DNA of 63,425 nt, counting the filler, from Octopus bimaculoides (Eukaryota), in assembly GCF_001194135.2 (NCBI RefSeq). It is 9 parts of 9 records of this genome, joined end to end, with 100 filler letters (N's around TTAATTAATTAA, not from the genome) between each part and the next. Parts side by side here need not be neighbours in the genome. Positions count along the whole stretch, not along the records: positions 24,434 to 35,901 come from NC_068983.1; positions 36,002 to 43,286 come from NC_068987.1; 7 more parts are not named here. One strand, 5' to 3'. The position numbers and the translations under genes are program-made. A model generated the notes under the pieces. That model searched no databases. It was not told the origin of the DNA and worked only from the letters and a program-made list of their open reading frames with translations. Shown here piece after piece: positions 24,600 to 36,824 of this stretch; the first letter of the stretch is position 1, and every line of letters begins with the position of its first letter.

Positions 24600-25850
24600 C
24601 TTTAAAGTAGTATCTCCTTGTAGACACAATTGTCAGTAATCATACTGTTCCCATTTCTCTCAGCCAATATTTTTGCATTAGCCTTCTTTCAAACTCTAGA
24701 TAATGCAACATACAGCTGACCATATGAGAAGAATTGTGTCGGAAGATATACTCCAATTTGTTCAAAAGTTTGTCCCTGTGTCTTGTTGCACGTCAAGGCA
24801 AAAGCTGGCTTGAGAGGAAATTGTTTGAGTGTAAATGTGAATGGAAATTCCATTTCTTGAGATTCATGTGGTATTCTTCTGATTAGCAGAGTTGATCCTG
24901 CATAAGGACCAGAAGCAACCTCAGCCTCAATAACATGATCATGTTAACTGAATGTGATGTAGTGTGTGCCATTGCAATGTCCATTAGTAGCATCTAAATT
25001 TCTCAGAAGCATCATGCATCGTTTTTTCTTCAGTTTAAGAATGTGTGGTGGAAACCCTGATGGTGTAAGTTTGTTGATGAACTCGATTGGGTACAGAGTT
25101 TCATTATCAACTGTATCTGAACATTTTTTACATTATTTACATTTGACGGATATTTGTCTTCATCTTGTTTGTTTTTAACACAGTTTCGGCTGATATACCC
25201 TCCAGCCGAAAACGTTGTTAACAACAAACAAGATGAGGACAAATATCCGTCAAATGTAAATAATGTACATAATTCATCATCACTTAAATATAGAACTGTA
25301 TCTGAGCTTCTGTATATTTTTAGCTCCCCAGACAAAATGTGCTGCTTCATTTGTTGGTGTAACAATGGTTCTATTTGCAAGCCACACAGGGTTTGTGAAG
25401 TTATTTTTGAGGTCAGCATATACAAAATCACATAGACCTGAAAGAATACCACTTTCAAGGCAAAGGTCATTGGGTAATTTTATCTTGAATCCACCTAGGT
25501 TTTGCTCAACAGAAATGTTACCATGTCCTACATCAAGAAGATAATTAGCAAACTCTTTCATCAGAATGACCTTTTGTAAGAAGTCTTAGATTGGTTGTCA
25601 ACTCCACTACTTCCACATAATCGCAAAGAAAAGATCACTTTAGTGTTGCATCAAGAACTTGTGATCTGACACTATTATTTTGAAGTAGAATATTCTTCTC
25701 TCGAGACACCCTAACCACTCAGTCGTGTGTAGCGGAAACAGAATCATGTCTACGTCTCCGTGCATATTCAGATATCTTTTTCGTTCACTTTGCCCTGGTT
25801 TCATCTAATTTAGTTGCCTGCCTTTCTCTCTGTCATTGTGCCTTTGCTGC
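24600..25850 (-). mobile_element. Helitron RepHel remnant (PIF1-like helicase C-terminus, internally deleted)
   Basis: KEFANYLLDVGHG, IVTPTNEAA, LYPIEFINKLTPSGFPPHILKL, MLLRNLDATNGHCNGT, KQFPLKPAFALTCNKTQGQTFEQIGVYL...SYGQLYVALSRV, NCVYKEILL*. Confidence 0.9.
25121..25293. mobile_element. Foldback (hairpin) insertion with 12-bp flanking direct repeat inside the Helitron helicase
   Basis: Arms 25129-25192 and 25203-25267 are reverse complements. AACTGTATCTGA occurs at 25109-25120 and 25294-25305. Confidence 0.7.
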
Positions 25851-26099
25851 TAAATTTTCTTTTTCAGTTGCATATTATATATAAATGAATGCTCGTTAAA
25901 AAACTATTTTGTTAAGATGCTAGAAATAGCAGCGATAACATAGTTATTATTGTAAGGCTTATAGCGCTCTAAGTAGCCATTCCAACAAAATCACTTCTTC
26001 ATTAAAAATATATATATACAGGTATATTAAAGAATTTTCATTTTATCAAAAATATTTATTTAACGAGCTCCGGAAACTGATAATATTCTTGAAATTGTG

Positions 26100-26312
26100 A
26101 GGCAGCGAGCTGGCAGAAACGTTAGCACGCTGGGCGAAATGCTTAGAGGTATTTCGTCCGTCTTTACGTTCTGAGTTCAAATTCTGCCGAGGTCGACTTT
26201 GCCTTTCATTCTTTCGGGGTTGATAAATTAAGTACGAGTTGCGTACTGGGGTCGATCTAATTGACTGGTCTCCTCGCCAAAAATGTCGGGTCTTGTACCT
26301 AGAATAGAAAAG
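26100..26312 (+). mobile_element. SINE family A with 18-bp TSD
   Basis: AATATTCTTGAAATTGTG at 26082-26099 and 26313-26330 flanks a near-consensus copy. Confidence 0.9.
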
Positions 26313-26852
26313 AATATTCTTGAAATTGTGCCTCGTATCAAAGTTATAGATATTTTGTATAATAGCATGCATTCATTCAACACAAACTCACTTAAAAATT
26401 ATACCGGTATATCAAAAAAGTTTCACTTTATCAAAAATATTCATTTAACAAACTCAGGAAATTGATAATATTCTTGAAATTATGTCTCGTATCAAAATTA
26501 TATAGCTATTATTAAATTATCATTAATGAGAATAGAGGCGAGGGAGAATGAGAGACTGTTGCAAATAAAAACGTAAAATGTTGCCTGCAACTCCGCACTA
26601 CTCCGCAGTGAATGCAATGAATATTTAAATTTGCGAGAATTTGGAGTTTAAAAAATTCAATAAACTTCAGAAATCGAAATTATAGGCAATTTCTTAGAAC
26701 ATGATTTTATAAAAATATTTCCAGACGGTCAAGCTTTTAATATTGATTCCTTTTAGTACTTTTAGTAGTTGTTACATACCTAATTAATAAGCAGCTTTCT
26801 TCAGTTGTAGTGTAGATTATCATTGTTATCATTGTTATCATTATCATTATCA

Positions 26853-26884
<32 letters not shown>

Positions 26885-27207
26885 TTCATATACACTCATA
26901 TCTACTCAAGCTAACTCCACGCAGTCTTCTACTGATATTAACCCTCTTCCACCATCCTTTCTAGGTTAGTATAATCTTGCTACTCTTGCCCTTGGGTGGA
27001 GTCCTCCATTCATATTGAATTTTTTCCTAGTTCTTCTGTCTAGCCTTGCTAATCCAGGTTTTGTCCAATCTACAAAAGCTGCTTGAGTATCTAAGTAATG
27101 AAACTGCCCAAGGTTTTACAGCCTCCACTAGATTCGGACCATTTAACTTTGACTTCATTAGCGTCCACACCTTTCTGATGTACTACTCAATTTTCGTTTT
27201 CATTTCT

Positions 27208-27241
<34 letters not shown>

Positions 27242-27245
27242 CATT

Positions 27246-27460
27246 AAGGCGGCAAGCTGGTAGAATCGTTAGTACACCGGGCAAAATGCTTAGCAGTGTT
27301 TCGTCCGTTTTTACGTTCTGAGTTCAAATGCTACCGAGGTTGACTTTATCTTTCATCCGTTCGGTATCGATAAAATAATCGCCAGTTGAATATTGAGGTC
27401 GATATAATCGATTAACTCCTTCCTGATAAAATTGCTGACCTTGTACCAAAATTTGACACC
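27246..27460 (+). mobile_element. SINE family A
   Basis: Consensus match. Confidence 0.8.
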
Positions 27461-27538
27461 GTTTTTATAATTATTATTATTATCGTTGTTGTTGTTGTTG
27501 TTGTTGTGGCTGCTGCTACTGCTGCTGTTACTGCTGCT

Positions 27539-27569
<31 letters not shown>

Positions 27570-28450
27570 ATGATGATGACGTTGCTGATACATCAGATTT
27601 ATTTTCGAACTCTCAGAGTAAGTCCTGTTTAAAATTATTGTTTCTACCTAATTGGGTGAAACATCAGAGAAGATGTAAACATCGAAAACAATAAACACTA
27701 CGTACACACCGATGGACTAAACAATACTTACTGTTTACTTCTTACTACTCAAAACACACCAAATTAAATACAGAGCTTAATCTAGCATGAAGAATATGAT
27801 CAATTGTTTTGTGTTTTGTAATTCAAAACGGAGGACTCCAATATTATCCTAATAAGTTTTTTTTGTGTGTTGTTATTGAGCAAGACACTTTATTTCATGT
27901 TGCTCCAGTTCACTCAGCTTTTTCCTTTTCCTTGGCTAACACTGGTGGTGTGGGGAGAGGAGGCTGGTGTGCATGGGCGACTCCTGGCCTTCCACAAACA
28001 ACCTTGCTCGGGCTTGTGCATCGAACGGTAAGTTTCTAGGTGCAAACCCAGGGTTGCTCATGACTGAAGAGGTCTTTACCCTTTAAGTTTCTTTGAGACT
28101 CAGTTTCAATTCCAAGTTAGAATACGATTATGGTTTATATTCATGGCTTTATTTAAGACATGATTGTTACACCTCATATTGAATGTCTTTTATTACTGTA
28201 AAGCTTTTCCCTTTACTCATATGAATGCGTGAATGTATGTGTGTGGAAAAGTGTACATTAATTTCTGATCCTTTACAATGCCACTCTGCTTTGATCATTT
28301 CCTTCAAAATTATCAAAATTTATGTTTTAATCATATAAAACTACTCAGAAATGCGCATGCATAAACACTCTCACGCTCACACATACATATACTCAAAAAC
28401 GCGCACGCACACACACAAAATACACATTTTGTTAATTATGTATGTATAAG

Positions 28451-28499
<49 letters not shown>

Positions 28500-29159
28500 T
28501 ATACATATATATGTATATGTCTATGTATGTGTATGTGTGTGTATACATGTATATTGTTCTATATATGTGTATGCGTGTGTGCGTGTGTAAACGTATTGCG
28601 TGAATCTTTTTCTTCATCAGACAAAGATTCTATTCAAGTTATTTTTCCCACAAGTCTTTCATCGCCATAAATCTCTTAAATCGTTTCGTATTTCCCAGCG
28701 GCCACCCACAGTCACCACCACAACCACTATCATTACAAGTGTCATTATAACTATCATAACCACCGTCACTACTACCACCAGTACAAATATTATCACTACT
28801 GCTAATACTTTCATTATCATCACTGCAACTAACAACTTTACTACTAACGACAACCACCAAAGCAAGACAAAAACAACACCAACAACTACAGTAAGAATCA
28901 CAACAAAAACTGAAGCTACAACAATGTATTTACAGTCGAAAAGTAACTACATTGTTAATTAAACAGATTACAATATGAAACAATCACAACAGCATCGGCA
29001 GCAATACACAGCTAAAGCTGCGTGTTTGCTCGTGTACATGTGTGCATGTTAGTGCATGTGTGGTGTGTGTGTGTGTTATATGAGTGTAGTGTGTGTATAT
29101 GACAACTCAAACACACCAATAATCATTTTAGAACCAGACGTCTTTTCACACACACACAC

Positions 29160-29920
29160 TATCATTCGTAAGCGTAACCAAGAGCCCACTCCCAGCTGTA
29201 ACGGTTAAAACCCTGAAACTTGCCCACTTGACCAGACATATATGATAAACTCCTTTGTATATAATGCAGAAGTTACAGCAACGCTTCAAAATAACGTAAC
29301 CGAAAAGAAAAATTACAATTAGTTAAGAGAAAGCAATTTCAAAAGATGCTACGCAAACTACCTACCTTCATTCCGGTACATTGACAAAAGTAAAGCCTCT
29401 AACTTAGCTAGCTTCTGATGAGGTTTGAAAAGCAACTGCACACCACATACAAACAAGTGGGGAAATCCATGCCATATGCTAATGGGTCTAAGTGATGCAA
29501 ATTATGCATAGTAGAAAGATCGCATATTCTTTTTAGATATAAGAATTCCACTGCACTACTAAATCCCAGACTCGAAATTTTCAGAAATGTAAACATAACA
29601 ATTTTTTTAATTTTTATGGTGAACTGAATGACATGACCCTCTTCAGATTGAGCAGCTGTCTCGCAGACTTTGGACCCCCTCCTGCTGAACTATTCTTCAA
29701 CAACTAGCTTAACTACGACTTTACGATCAAAGGGGACATACCTTTAATTTTATTTCTTTTCCTTTTCCGTTTCTATTCACCCTTCCACTTTTTGTATCCA
29801 GCTTCTAGCTTTTTTTCAGGATTTCTCTTGTACCAGCGTCCTGTTTTTTTTTTTAATTGAATAGACCATGTCTCAGAGCCTGAGGCTCGGTCAGAAACAT
29901 AAAGTGTGTAATAAAAACCT
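29160..29920 (+). mobile_element. PLE-4: decayed GIY-YIG 3' fragment and UTR
   Basis: SCNG*NPETCPLD...FVYNAEV...NFKRCYANYLPSFRY...LCIVERSHIL...LLNPRLEIF. Confidence 0.7.
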
Positions 29921-30003
29921 GCCTAGACACGCATCTCCAATGCAAGAAACTACTAGTAACACATATCTTTATATTCTGCACTATAAATTAAATATATATA
30001 TAG

Positions 30004-30058
<55 letters not shown>

Positions 30059-30109
30059 TATGTGTGTATGTGCATTTTTTCAATGTGTACAAGTAACACG
30101 GAAAGATAA

Positions 30110-31164
30110 ATAAATAGTTACCCGGGTAGCAAAAGTTCATATAAGTACCAAGGGTGTAACAGCCTACTTATAAAGGCAGAAATTCCGGAGTTTAGTGAAA
30201 TGTGTTGGAATGACATATATAAATAAATAAAGGGAGTTAAACGCAGGTGTTATTCAAATCTTTATACTTCCGACATATGCTTCGAAGAAAACATTGGTAT
30301 TGTTCCAGAAGGAATAAAATGATGTAAAACAATGCAATATTCTCATCAGGGAAAGAAAGAGAAACAAAACGCATCAATAAGACATTTTAACCGAATGTGA
30401 TTACTACATATATGTTGAAGGGAACGCTGGTAAGTTATTTTTTAAAAAACCGTTAATAGATATAACGTCATTCGTTTCCTTGGCAGTAATTCTAAGTCTA
30501 GAAACTCTATTTATCAATGTAAAATTACTCCCGGTTCTGTCGTCTTTTTTATATAGGTAGTTCTTCATCTCAGTTGTACAAAAGAACATCTAACCATTAC
30601 TCTACATTTAGACGTATCAATAAACGCAACAATATTGGACTTAGCAAATTAATTTGGTCTCTAAAGAACATAATAAGCAATTTGATTTGGAATGGAATAT
30701 TTTGTCCAGGTCCTTTCCTTATGATAAAGGTAAATCTTTTTGTTCGCTCTGTAACGGTGAACTGTATTTCATCCTGTTCTCTGAGAATTCTCTTGTAAAC
30801 ACGTTTAAAGAACGCGTTTATCGTTGCAAACATTGGCAAAAACATAACTTTAGTTCTACTTGTCTATAAAATTCGACCTATAACTGTCATTTCCACTAGA
30901 TGTATCTATTTCCACACCTTTAACCTTTATTCCTATTCACCTATCACACTATCTTTCTCCTCCTTCTCTCTCTATAAATTGCTTTTGACATTATATCTAT
31001 TAACGGTTTTTTAAAATAACTTACCAGTGTTCCATTCGTCATATATGCAATAATCACATTCGATTAAAATGTCTTATTGATGCGTTTTGTTTCTCTTTTC
31101 TCTCTGGTGAGAAGATTGCATTGTTTTACATCATTTTCTTCATTCTGGAATAATACCAATGTTT
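30110..31164 (+). mobile_element. PLE-5: short Penelope-like 3' fragment with inverted pLTR
   Basis: GIY-YIG C-terminus 30560-30870 (NHYSTFRR...LSKLIWSLK; FDLEWNILSRSFPYDKGKSFCSLCNGEL). 30288-30470 is the reverse complement of 30986-31164. Confidence 0.8.
30267..30355 (-). ncRNA. Hammerhead motif in the PLE-5 inverted pLTR (GAAA->GAAG lesion)
   Basis: CUUUCC-CUGAUGA-[59 nt]-GAAGC-AUAU-GUC-GGAAG. Helix I pairs over 5 bp including one G-U; palindromic AUAU loop. Confidence 0.7.
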
Positions 31165-31249
31165 GTTTGTGTGTGTATGTGTGTGTGTGTTTGTGTGTGC
31201 GTGCGTGCGTGATTTAATAAGCACATGATTTAAATGTAAGCTTACAAAA

Positions 31250-31675
31250 TTTCATGTTCTGTAAGCGCAGTTACGTGGCGAGTTTCTTTAGCGTGCTGTG
31301 TAGTATCCTGCACTTTTCAGGTACAAATAAGCATGACTGCTCTCTTAGAAAAATGGAGAAGAAACGAGAAAGAACAAGAACAAAAAGGAAAAACAAGAAA
31401 GAAATGCAAAATAAAACGATAAAGGAGTTAAAATTTGTGTCCTTTTTTCTCATTAGAATGGGAATTAACAACGCTTCGAAGAGCTGATATGACGAGAAAT
31501 GATTAAAGCTTGTAAGAGTGTATACCTAGCCCAGAGTGAGCGTTGTTCACTAGTTCGATAGCAGACGCTGACATACTTACATTTTGTGAAAATTTGCGAT
31601 ATCATGTTTAGTAGGTCGGTGGAGTTCTTAGATTTAAAAAGGATATTATTTCTTTCAGCTATACACAACTCGGAG
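31250..31675 (-). mobile_element. PLE-6: GIY-YIG C-terminal fragment and UTR, related to PLE-4
   Basis: LCIAERNNILFKSKNSTDLLNMISQIFTKCKY parallels the PLE-4 C-terminus. Confidence 0.6.
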
Positions 31676-32540
31676 GTACAGACACATACACATAAATGCG
31701 CGCGTACACATACATATTATATATGTACACTCACACACACGCACAGATGCAGATTTCATATTTTATTTTAATATTGAGTTCCAGAGATCAGTTACACGTT
31801 TTGAGTGATTTTGTTCAGGAATGAGACCAAAATCGGGGTTGGCTATAAGTGCGTGTGTGTGTGTGTATGTGTGTGTGTGTGTGTGGTGTGTGTGTGTGTG
31901 TGCGTGCGTGTGTGTGCGTGTGTGCGTGTGTGCGTGTGTGTGCGTGTGCGTGTGTGTGTGTAAGGAATTTGATTAGGGTGATAGAGTCGAAAGACCTTCA
32001 CAAAGCCTCAGCAGCGAGCTAAGAACAATCCTCACATCTATGCGCCAAATGGAAAAACAAAAACTTAGTTTATCGACAAATTATAAATTGCCCCAAATAA
32101 TGCAGAAACTTGTCCTGATGAAGAAGCGTAAACGCCCAACGTAGCCTGACGTAGACTGACTTGGAATAAAATAATTTGAATTCACGACTGGTGCTTTCGG
32201 GCGATTACGGTCTCTGTCAGTACATATGTATACAATTACATGCTTTAACTACAGCATTTGAGCTCTTCAGCTCTTATTTCTAGCAATGTAGGTGTTCTAA
32301 CGCCCTAGTCACATTTAGTGACAATTATAGTTTTCCTTTTCGGTAAAACATTGCACAGGGCTGCCTATATTAAATTATATATAAGATTTTAAGACGTTCG
32401 TTTCACAGCCACCTGGTTTTAGGCTTGATCCTTCAGTGCGACACAGATGTGCCTTCTGCTATGGCTATGATAGGTGAAAAATTATCTGGGATCCCACCGC
32501 GGATATATAAATAAAAATGTGTGTGTGTGTATGTGTTTGT

Positions 32541-32585
<45 letters not shown>

Positions 32586-33649
32586 CGCGCGCATGCACGT
32601 GCACGTAGCTGAGTTTATGCCTGTGTGTCGGAGTGGGGGGAAGAAGCGCTCGCATGCATATGTTTACTAACATTAGTACCAGATATTGATGACTTTACGC
32701 TAGGCTTGAACTTAACTGAAATGAACAATTATCACTCTTAAATCTGTTGCCAGTGACCTCCTGAACCATTTCTTAATGACCTTAATTGAACTGGCCCTTT
32801 GTGGCTTTAATGAAAGCAATCATCGCCAGTACTACGTCATTCTTAAACAACCCAAGTCCACCTTACTCCGCTTCATATGCTCGTTCATTCAGAAGCCCTT
32901 GTCTGGGGAGAATGAGAGAGACAGAGAAAAGATGTCCATTTTAATCCCAACAGACCGCTAATCACGGCTTTTTTCAACCTGAAGGCTTTTTGGCTCTTAC
33001 CCAGAATGCATCTTTCTTCCGGTAAAATTTAGTCCCATGCAGCAACAGATTAGAACTCGTCATAGTCTCCAAGGAGAAAACACTCGTGAAATTATCTGTG
33101 TATGTTCGTTTGTAGGCATCTATGTGTGTGTCTACATCAGCGTGTATGTGTCTGTGAGCAGAGGTGTGTGTGCGCGCGTGCGTGTGTGTGTATTGCACAC
33201 ATGCGTGTGCGAGCGTGTCTATGTGTTTTGTAGATTCTTGTCGATTGTATTATTGCACTACAAATGTTTTAGGGCAATTGAAACACATTGACGTATACAT
33301 AAGACTAGAACTAGCACAACATATAAGTACACACATGCACATACACTGAAAGCGGAACCCACAGATGTATGTTTATGGAACAGCACACAGGTTGACAGTC
33401 AATTAGAAAGGCAGATTGATAAACAGATAAACAATCAAATAGATAAATATGTATCTGCGTACTTTCATGTNNNNNNNNNNNNNNNNNNNNNNNNNNNNNN
33501 NNNNNNNNNNNNNNNNNNNNNNNNNNNNNNNNNNNNNNNNNNNNNNNNNNNNNNNNNNNNNNNNNNNNNNTATAGTGTGTGTGTGTGTATAAGCATATAT
33601 ATATTTACGAACATATATATACACATACACATGCATATAAATACATACG

Positions 33650-33681
<32 letters not shown>

Positions 33682-33834
33682 TACAGGACGTCACCAACTG
33701 TGTAAACAACATGAAATACGTAGACAAACGAGTTAAATACATAAACAACGAGAGAAAAATGGAAAACAGGACATGTAATATATATTGGAACTTTAGTTAA
33801 ACGAACCAACCTCAGTGCTTATTTTTTAAAAGCC

Positions 33835-34080
33835 TGATACTTATTCTATTGGTCTATTTTGACAAATCACCAACTTACGGGGATGTAAACACACTAAAAC
33901 AGGTTGTAAAGCGGTAAAGGGAACAAACACAGACCCAAAACACACATACATAGCTATGTATACTTATATATACGACAGGCTTCTTTCAATTTTCGTCTGC
34001 CTAATTCACTCGTAAGGTGGTACGCAGGGGCACGAAACCCGGAACCATGTGTTTGGGACGCAAATCGTTACCACAAATTA
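33835..34080 (-). mobile_element. tRNA-derived SINE, family B (diverged)
   Basis: Reverse complement matches the family B head gtggtaa...cacatggttccgggtt. Confidence 0.7.
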
Positions 34081-34094
34081 ACAAGCACATATAA

Positions 34095-34540
34095 GAGTGA
34101 GTGTGTACTAAGAAACTTACTTCCCAATCATATGGTTCCGGGTTCAGTCCGACCAAGGCTTTGGTAGACGGGAACTAAAAGAAGCCCGTCGTATATATAT
34201 ATATATATGTGTGTGTATGTATGTACGTATGGTATGTATATATATATATATATGTGTGTATGTATGTATGTATGTATGTATGTATGTATGTATGTATGTA
34301 TGTGTGTGTGTATGTATGTATGTATATGTACTTTTTGAGTATGTGTTTGTCCCCAACTATCGCTTGACAACCGACGTTGATGTGTTTATATCCCCGAAAC
34401 GTAGCGGTTCGGCAAAAGTGACCGATGGAATAAGTAGTAGGCTTGCAAAGAATAAGTCCTGGGTTGATTTGTTCGACAAAAGGCGGTGCACCAGCATGGC
34501 CGCAATCAAATGACTGAAACAAGTAAAAGAATAAAGGATA
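34095..34540 (+). mobile_element. SINE family B with internal microsatellite
   Basis: catatggttccgggttcagtcc...gaagcccgtcgtatata...ggtgcaccagcatggccgc...aaacaagtaaaaga. Confidence 0.8.
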
Positions 34541-35463
34541 ATATATATATATATATATATATGAGAGTAAAAATAAATACAAAAAAGGTGGGTTTTTTTG
34601 TATGATTGTGTATAGAGGAATATATTATTTAGTTTAAAAGAGTTCCAACACTGTCTGTTTTTTATGTTTTATTTATATTCCTGCAGAACCAATGTGGGGT
34701 ATAGAATATGGAATATACAATATATAATATAATATACAATATATANNNNNNNNNNNNNNNNNNNNNNNNNNNNNNNNNNNNNNNNNNNNNNNNNNNNNNN
34801 NNNNNNNNNNNNNNNNNNNNNNNNNNNNNNNNNNNNNNNNNNNNNNNNNNNNNNNNNNNNNNNNNNNNNNNNNNNNNNNNNNNNNNNNNNNNNNNNNNNN
34901 NNNNNNNNNNNNNNNNNNNNNNNNNNNNNNNNNNNNNNNNNNNNNNNNNNNNNNNNNNNNNNNNNNNNNNNNNNNNNNNNNNNNNNNNNNNNNNNNNNNN
35001 NNNNNNNNNNNNNNNNNNNNNNNNNNNNNNNNNNNNNNNNNNNNNNNNNNNNNNNNNNNNNNNNNNNNNNNNNNNNNNNNNNNNNNNNNNNNNNNNNNNN
35101 NNNNNNNNNNNNNNNNNNNNNNNNNNNNNNNNNNNNNNNNNNNNNNNNNNNNNNNNNNNNNNNNNNNNNNNNNNNNNNNNNNNNNNNNNNNNNNNNNNNN
35201 NNNNNNNNNNNNNNNNNNNNNNNNNNNNNNNNNNNNNNNNNNNNNNNNNNNNNNNNNNNNNNNNNNNNNNNNNNNNNNNNNNNNNNNNNNNNNNNNNNNN
35301 NNNNNNNNNNNNNNNNNNNNNNNNNNTATATATATATACATGTAGGTATGTGTGCATATATATGTTATGTATGTATATATATGCTAATATACATGTATAT
35401 ACATGTGTGTATGTATATATATAAATGTATGTATATGTGTATATGCATATATATGCATGTATA

Positions 35464-35513
<50 letters not shown>

Positions 35514-35608
35514 TGTGTGTGCGTGCGTGTATGTGTTTGTTAATTTTACTGTCTCTATGCCTTAACATCAGGCAATGGTAGTTAGCTTTGGTGTCATGCA
35601 AGAAGTAT

Positions 35609-35840
35609 GGCGAGCTGGCAGAAACGTTAGCACACCGGGCGAAATGCTTAGCGGTATTTCGTCTGCAGTTACGTTCTGAGTTCAAATTCCGCCGAGGTCG
35701 ACTTTGCCTTTCATCCTTTCGGAGACGATAAATTAAGTACCAGTTACGCACTGGAGTCGATGTAATCGACTTAATCCCTTGTCTGTCCTTGTTTGTCCCC
35801 TCTATGTTTAACCCCTTGTGGGCAATAAAGAAATAAGAAT
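35609..35840 (+). mobile_element. SINE family A, near-consensus
   Basis: Full head, body and tail readable. Confidence 0.85.
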
Positions 35841-36573
35841 TACCCTTTGTTTCCAATCTTCTATGTAAACATGTATGGGCATGGTGAAATATTACTTGAA
35901 ANNNNNNNNNNNNNNNNNNNNNNNNNNNNNNNNNNNNNNNNNNNNTTAATTAATTAANNNNNNNNNNNNNNNNNNNNNNNNNNNNNNNNNNNNNNNNNNN
36001 NATATATATATATGGAGAGGCTGCGTATATCTGAGATTGAAGTGTGCTTGTCTGTGAGAGTTCACTTTTGCTGAATACATAAAACGCAGACATTACCGCA
36101 ATATTAACGTTGGCATGTTTTAAGAACTTCCTAATAGTTAGGTAGTTATTGGTATTTTTATGTCTTAAACGTCATATGTACCTTGATGAATGTTGTTAGA
36201 AGGTCTTTCTCTTTTTCTAAACGTATGCTACTATGCATTGTATCTTAACGGCTAATTAGAAACTGATATATTAGCTATAATTCGAGTAACAAATATATGG
36301 ATACCATAGAATTTGGGAAACCGGTCTCATGGACCCACGATACGGGAAGGGAAGGATTTTTGGTCCTTTATTATTATTTTTAAAAACACACGAGATCGAC
36401 TTGGCCTTTCATCCTTTCGGCGTCCATAAAATAGGTACCAGTCAAGTACTGGGATTGATGTAATCAAATTCTCCCTCATCTCAAAATCTCCTGGACCTGT
36501 GCCAAAATTGGAAACCATTATCGTTGTTATTGTTGCTGTTTTTGCATCGTTGATTATTATTATTATTATTATG

Positions 36574-36618
<45 letters not shown>

Positions 36619-36758
36619 ATTGCCGTATCTAATTCAATAAACCTTTTATTTATAGTCTTTCGTGCAGTTATGGTTTTATTCAGAAATACTTGTCTTGGAT
36701 GTGTGAATGTGTTCATGTGTATAACTATGTGTGTATGTATAGTATGGTGACCGTAGAG

Positions 36759-36824
<66 letters not shown>

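Noticed and set aside
29416-29435. CTGATGAG...GAAAAG hammerhead-like words
   Set aside because: They lie inside decayed GIY-YIG coding sequence and there is no helix II or III.
31270-31330. Minus-strand CTGAAAA-GTGC...GCAC...GAAAC...GTA in the PLE-6 UTR
   Set aside because: Core mismatch, extra spacer before GAAA and a non-palindromic loop; too degenerate to call.
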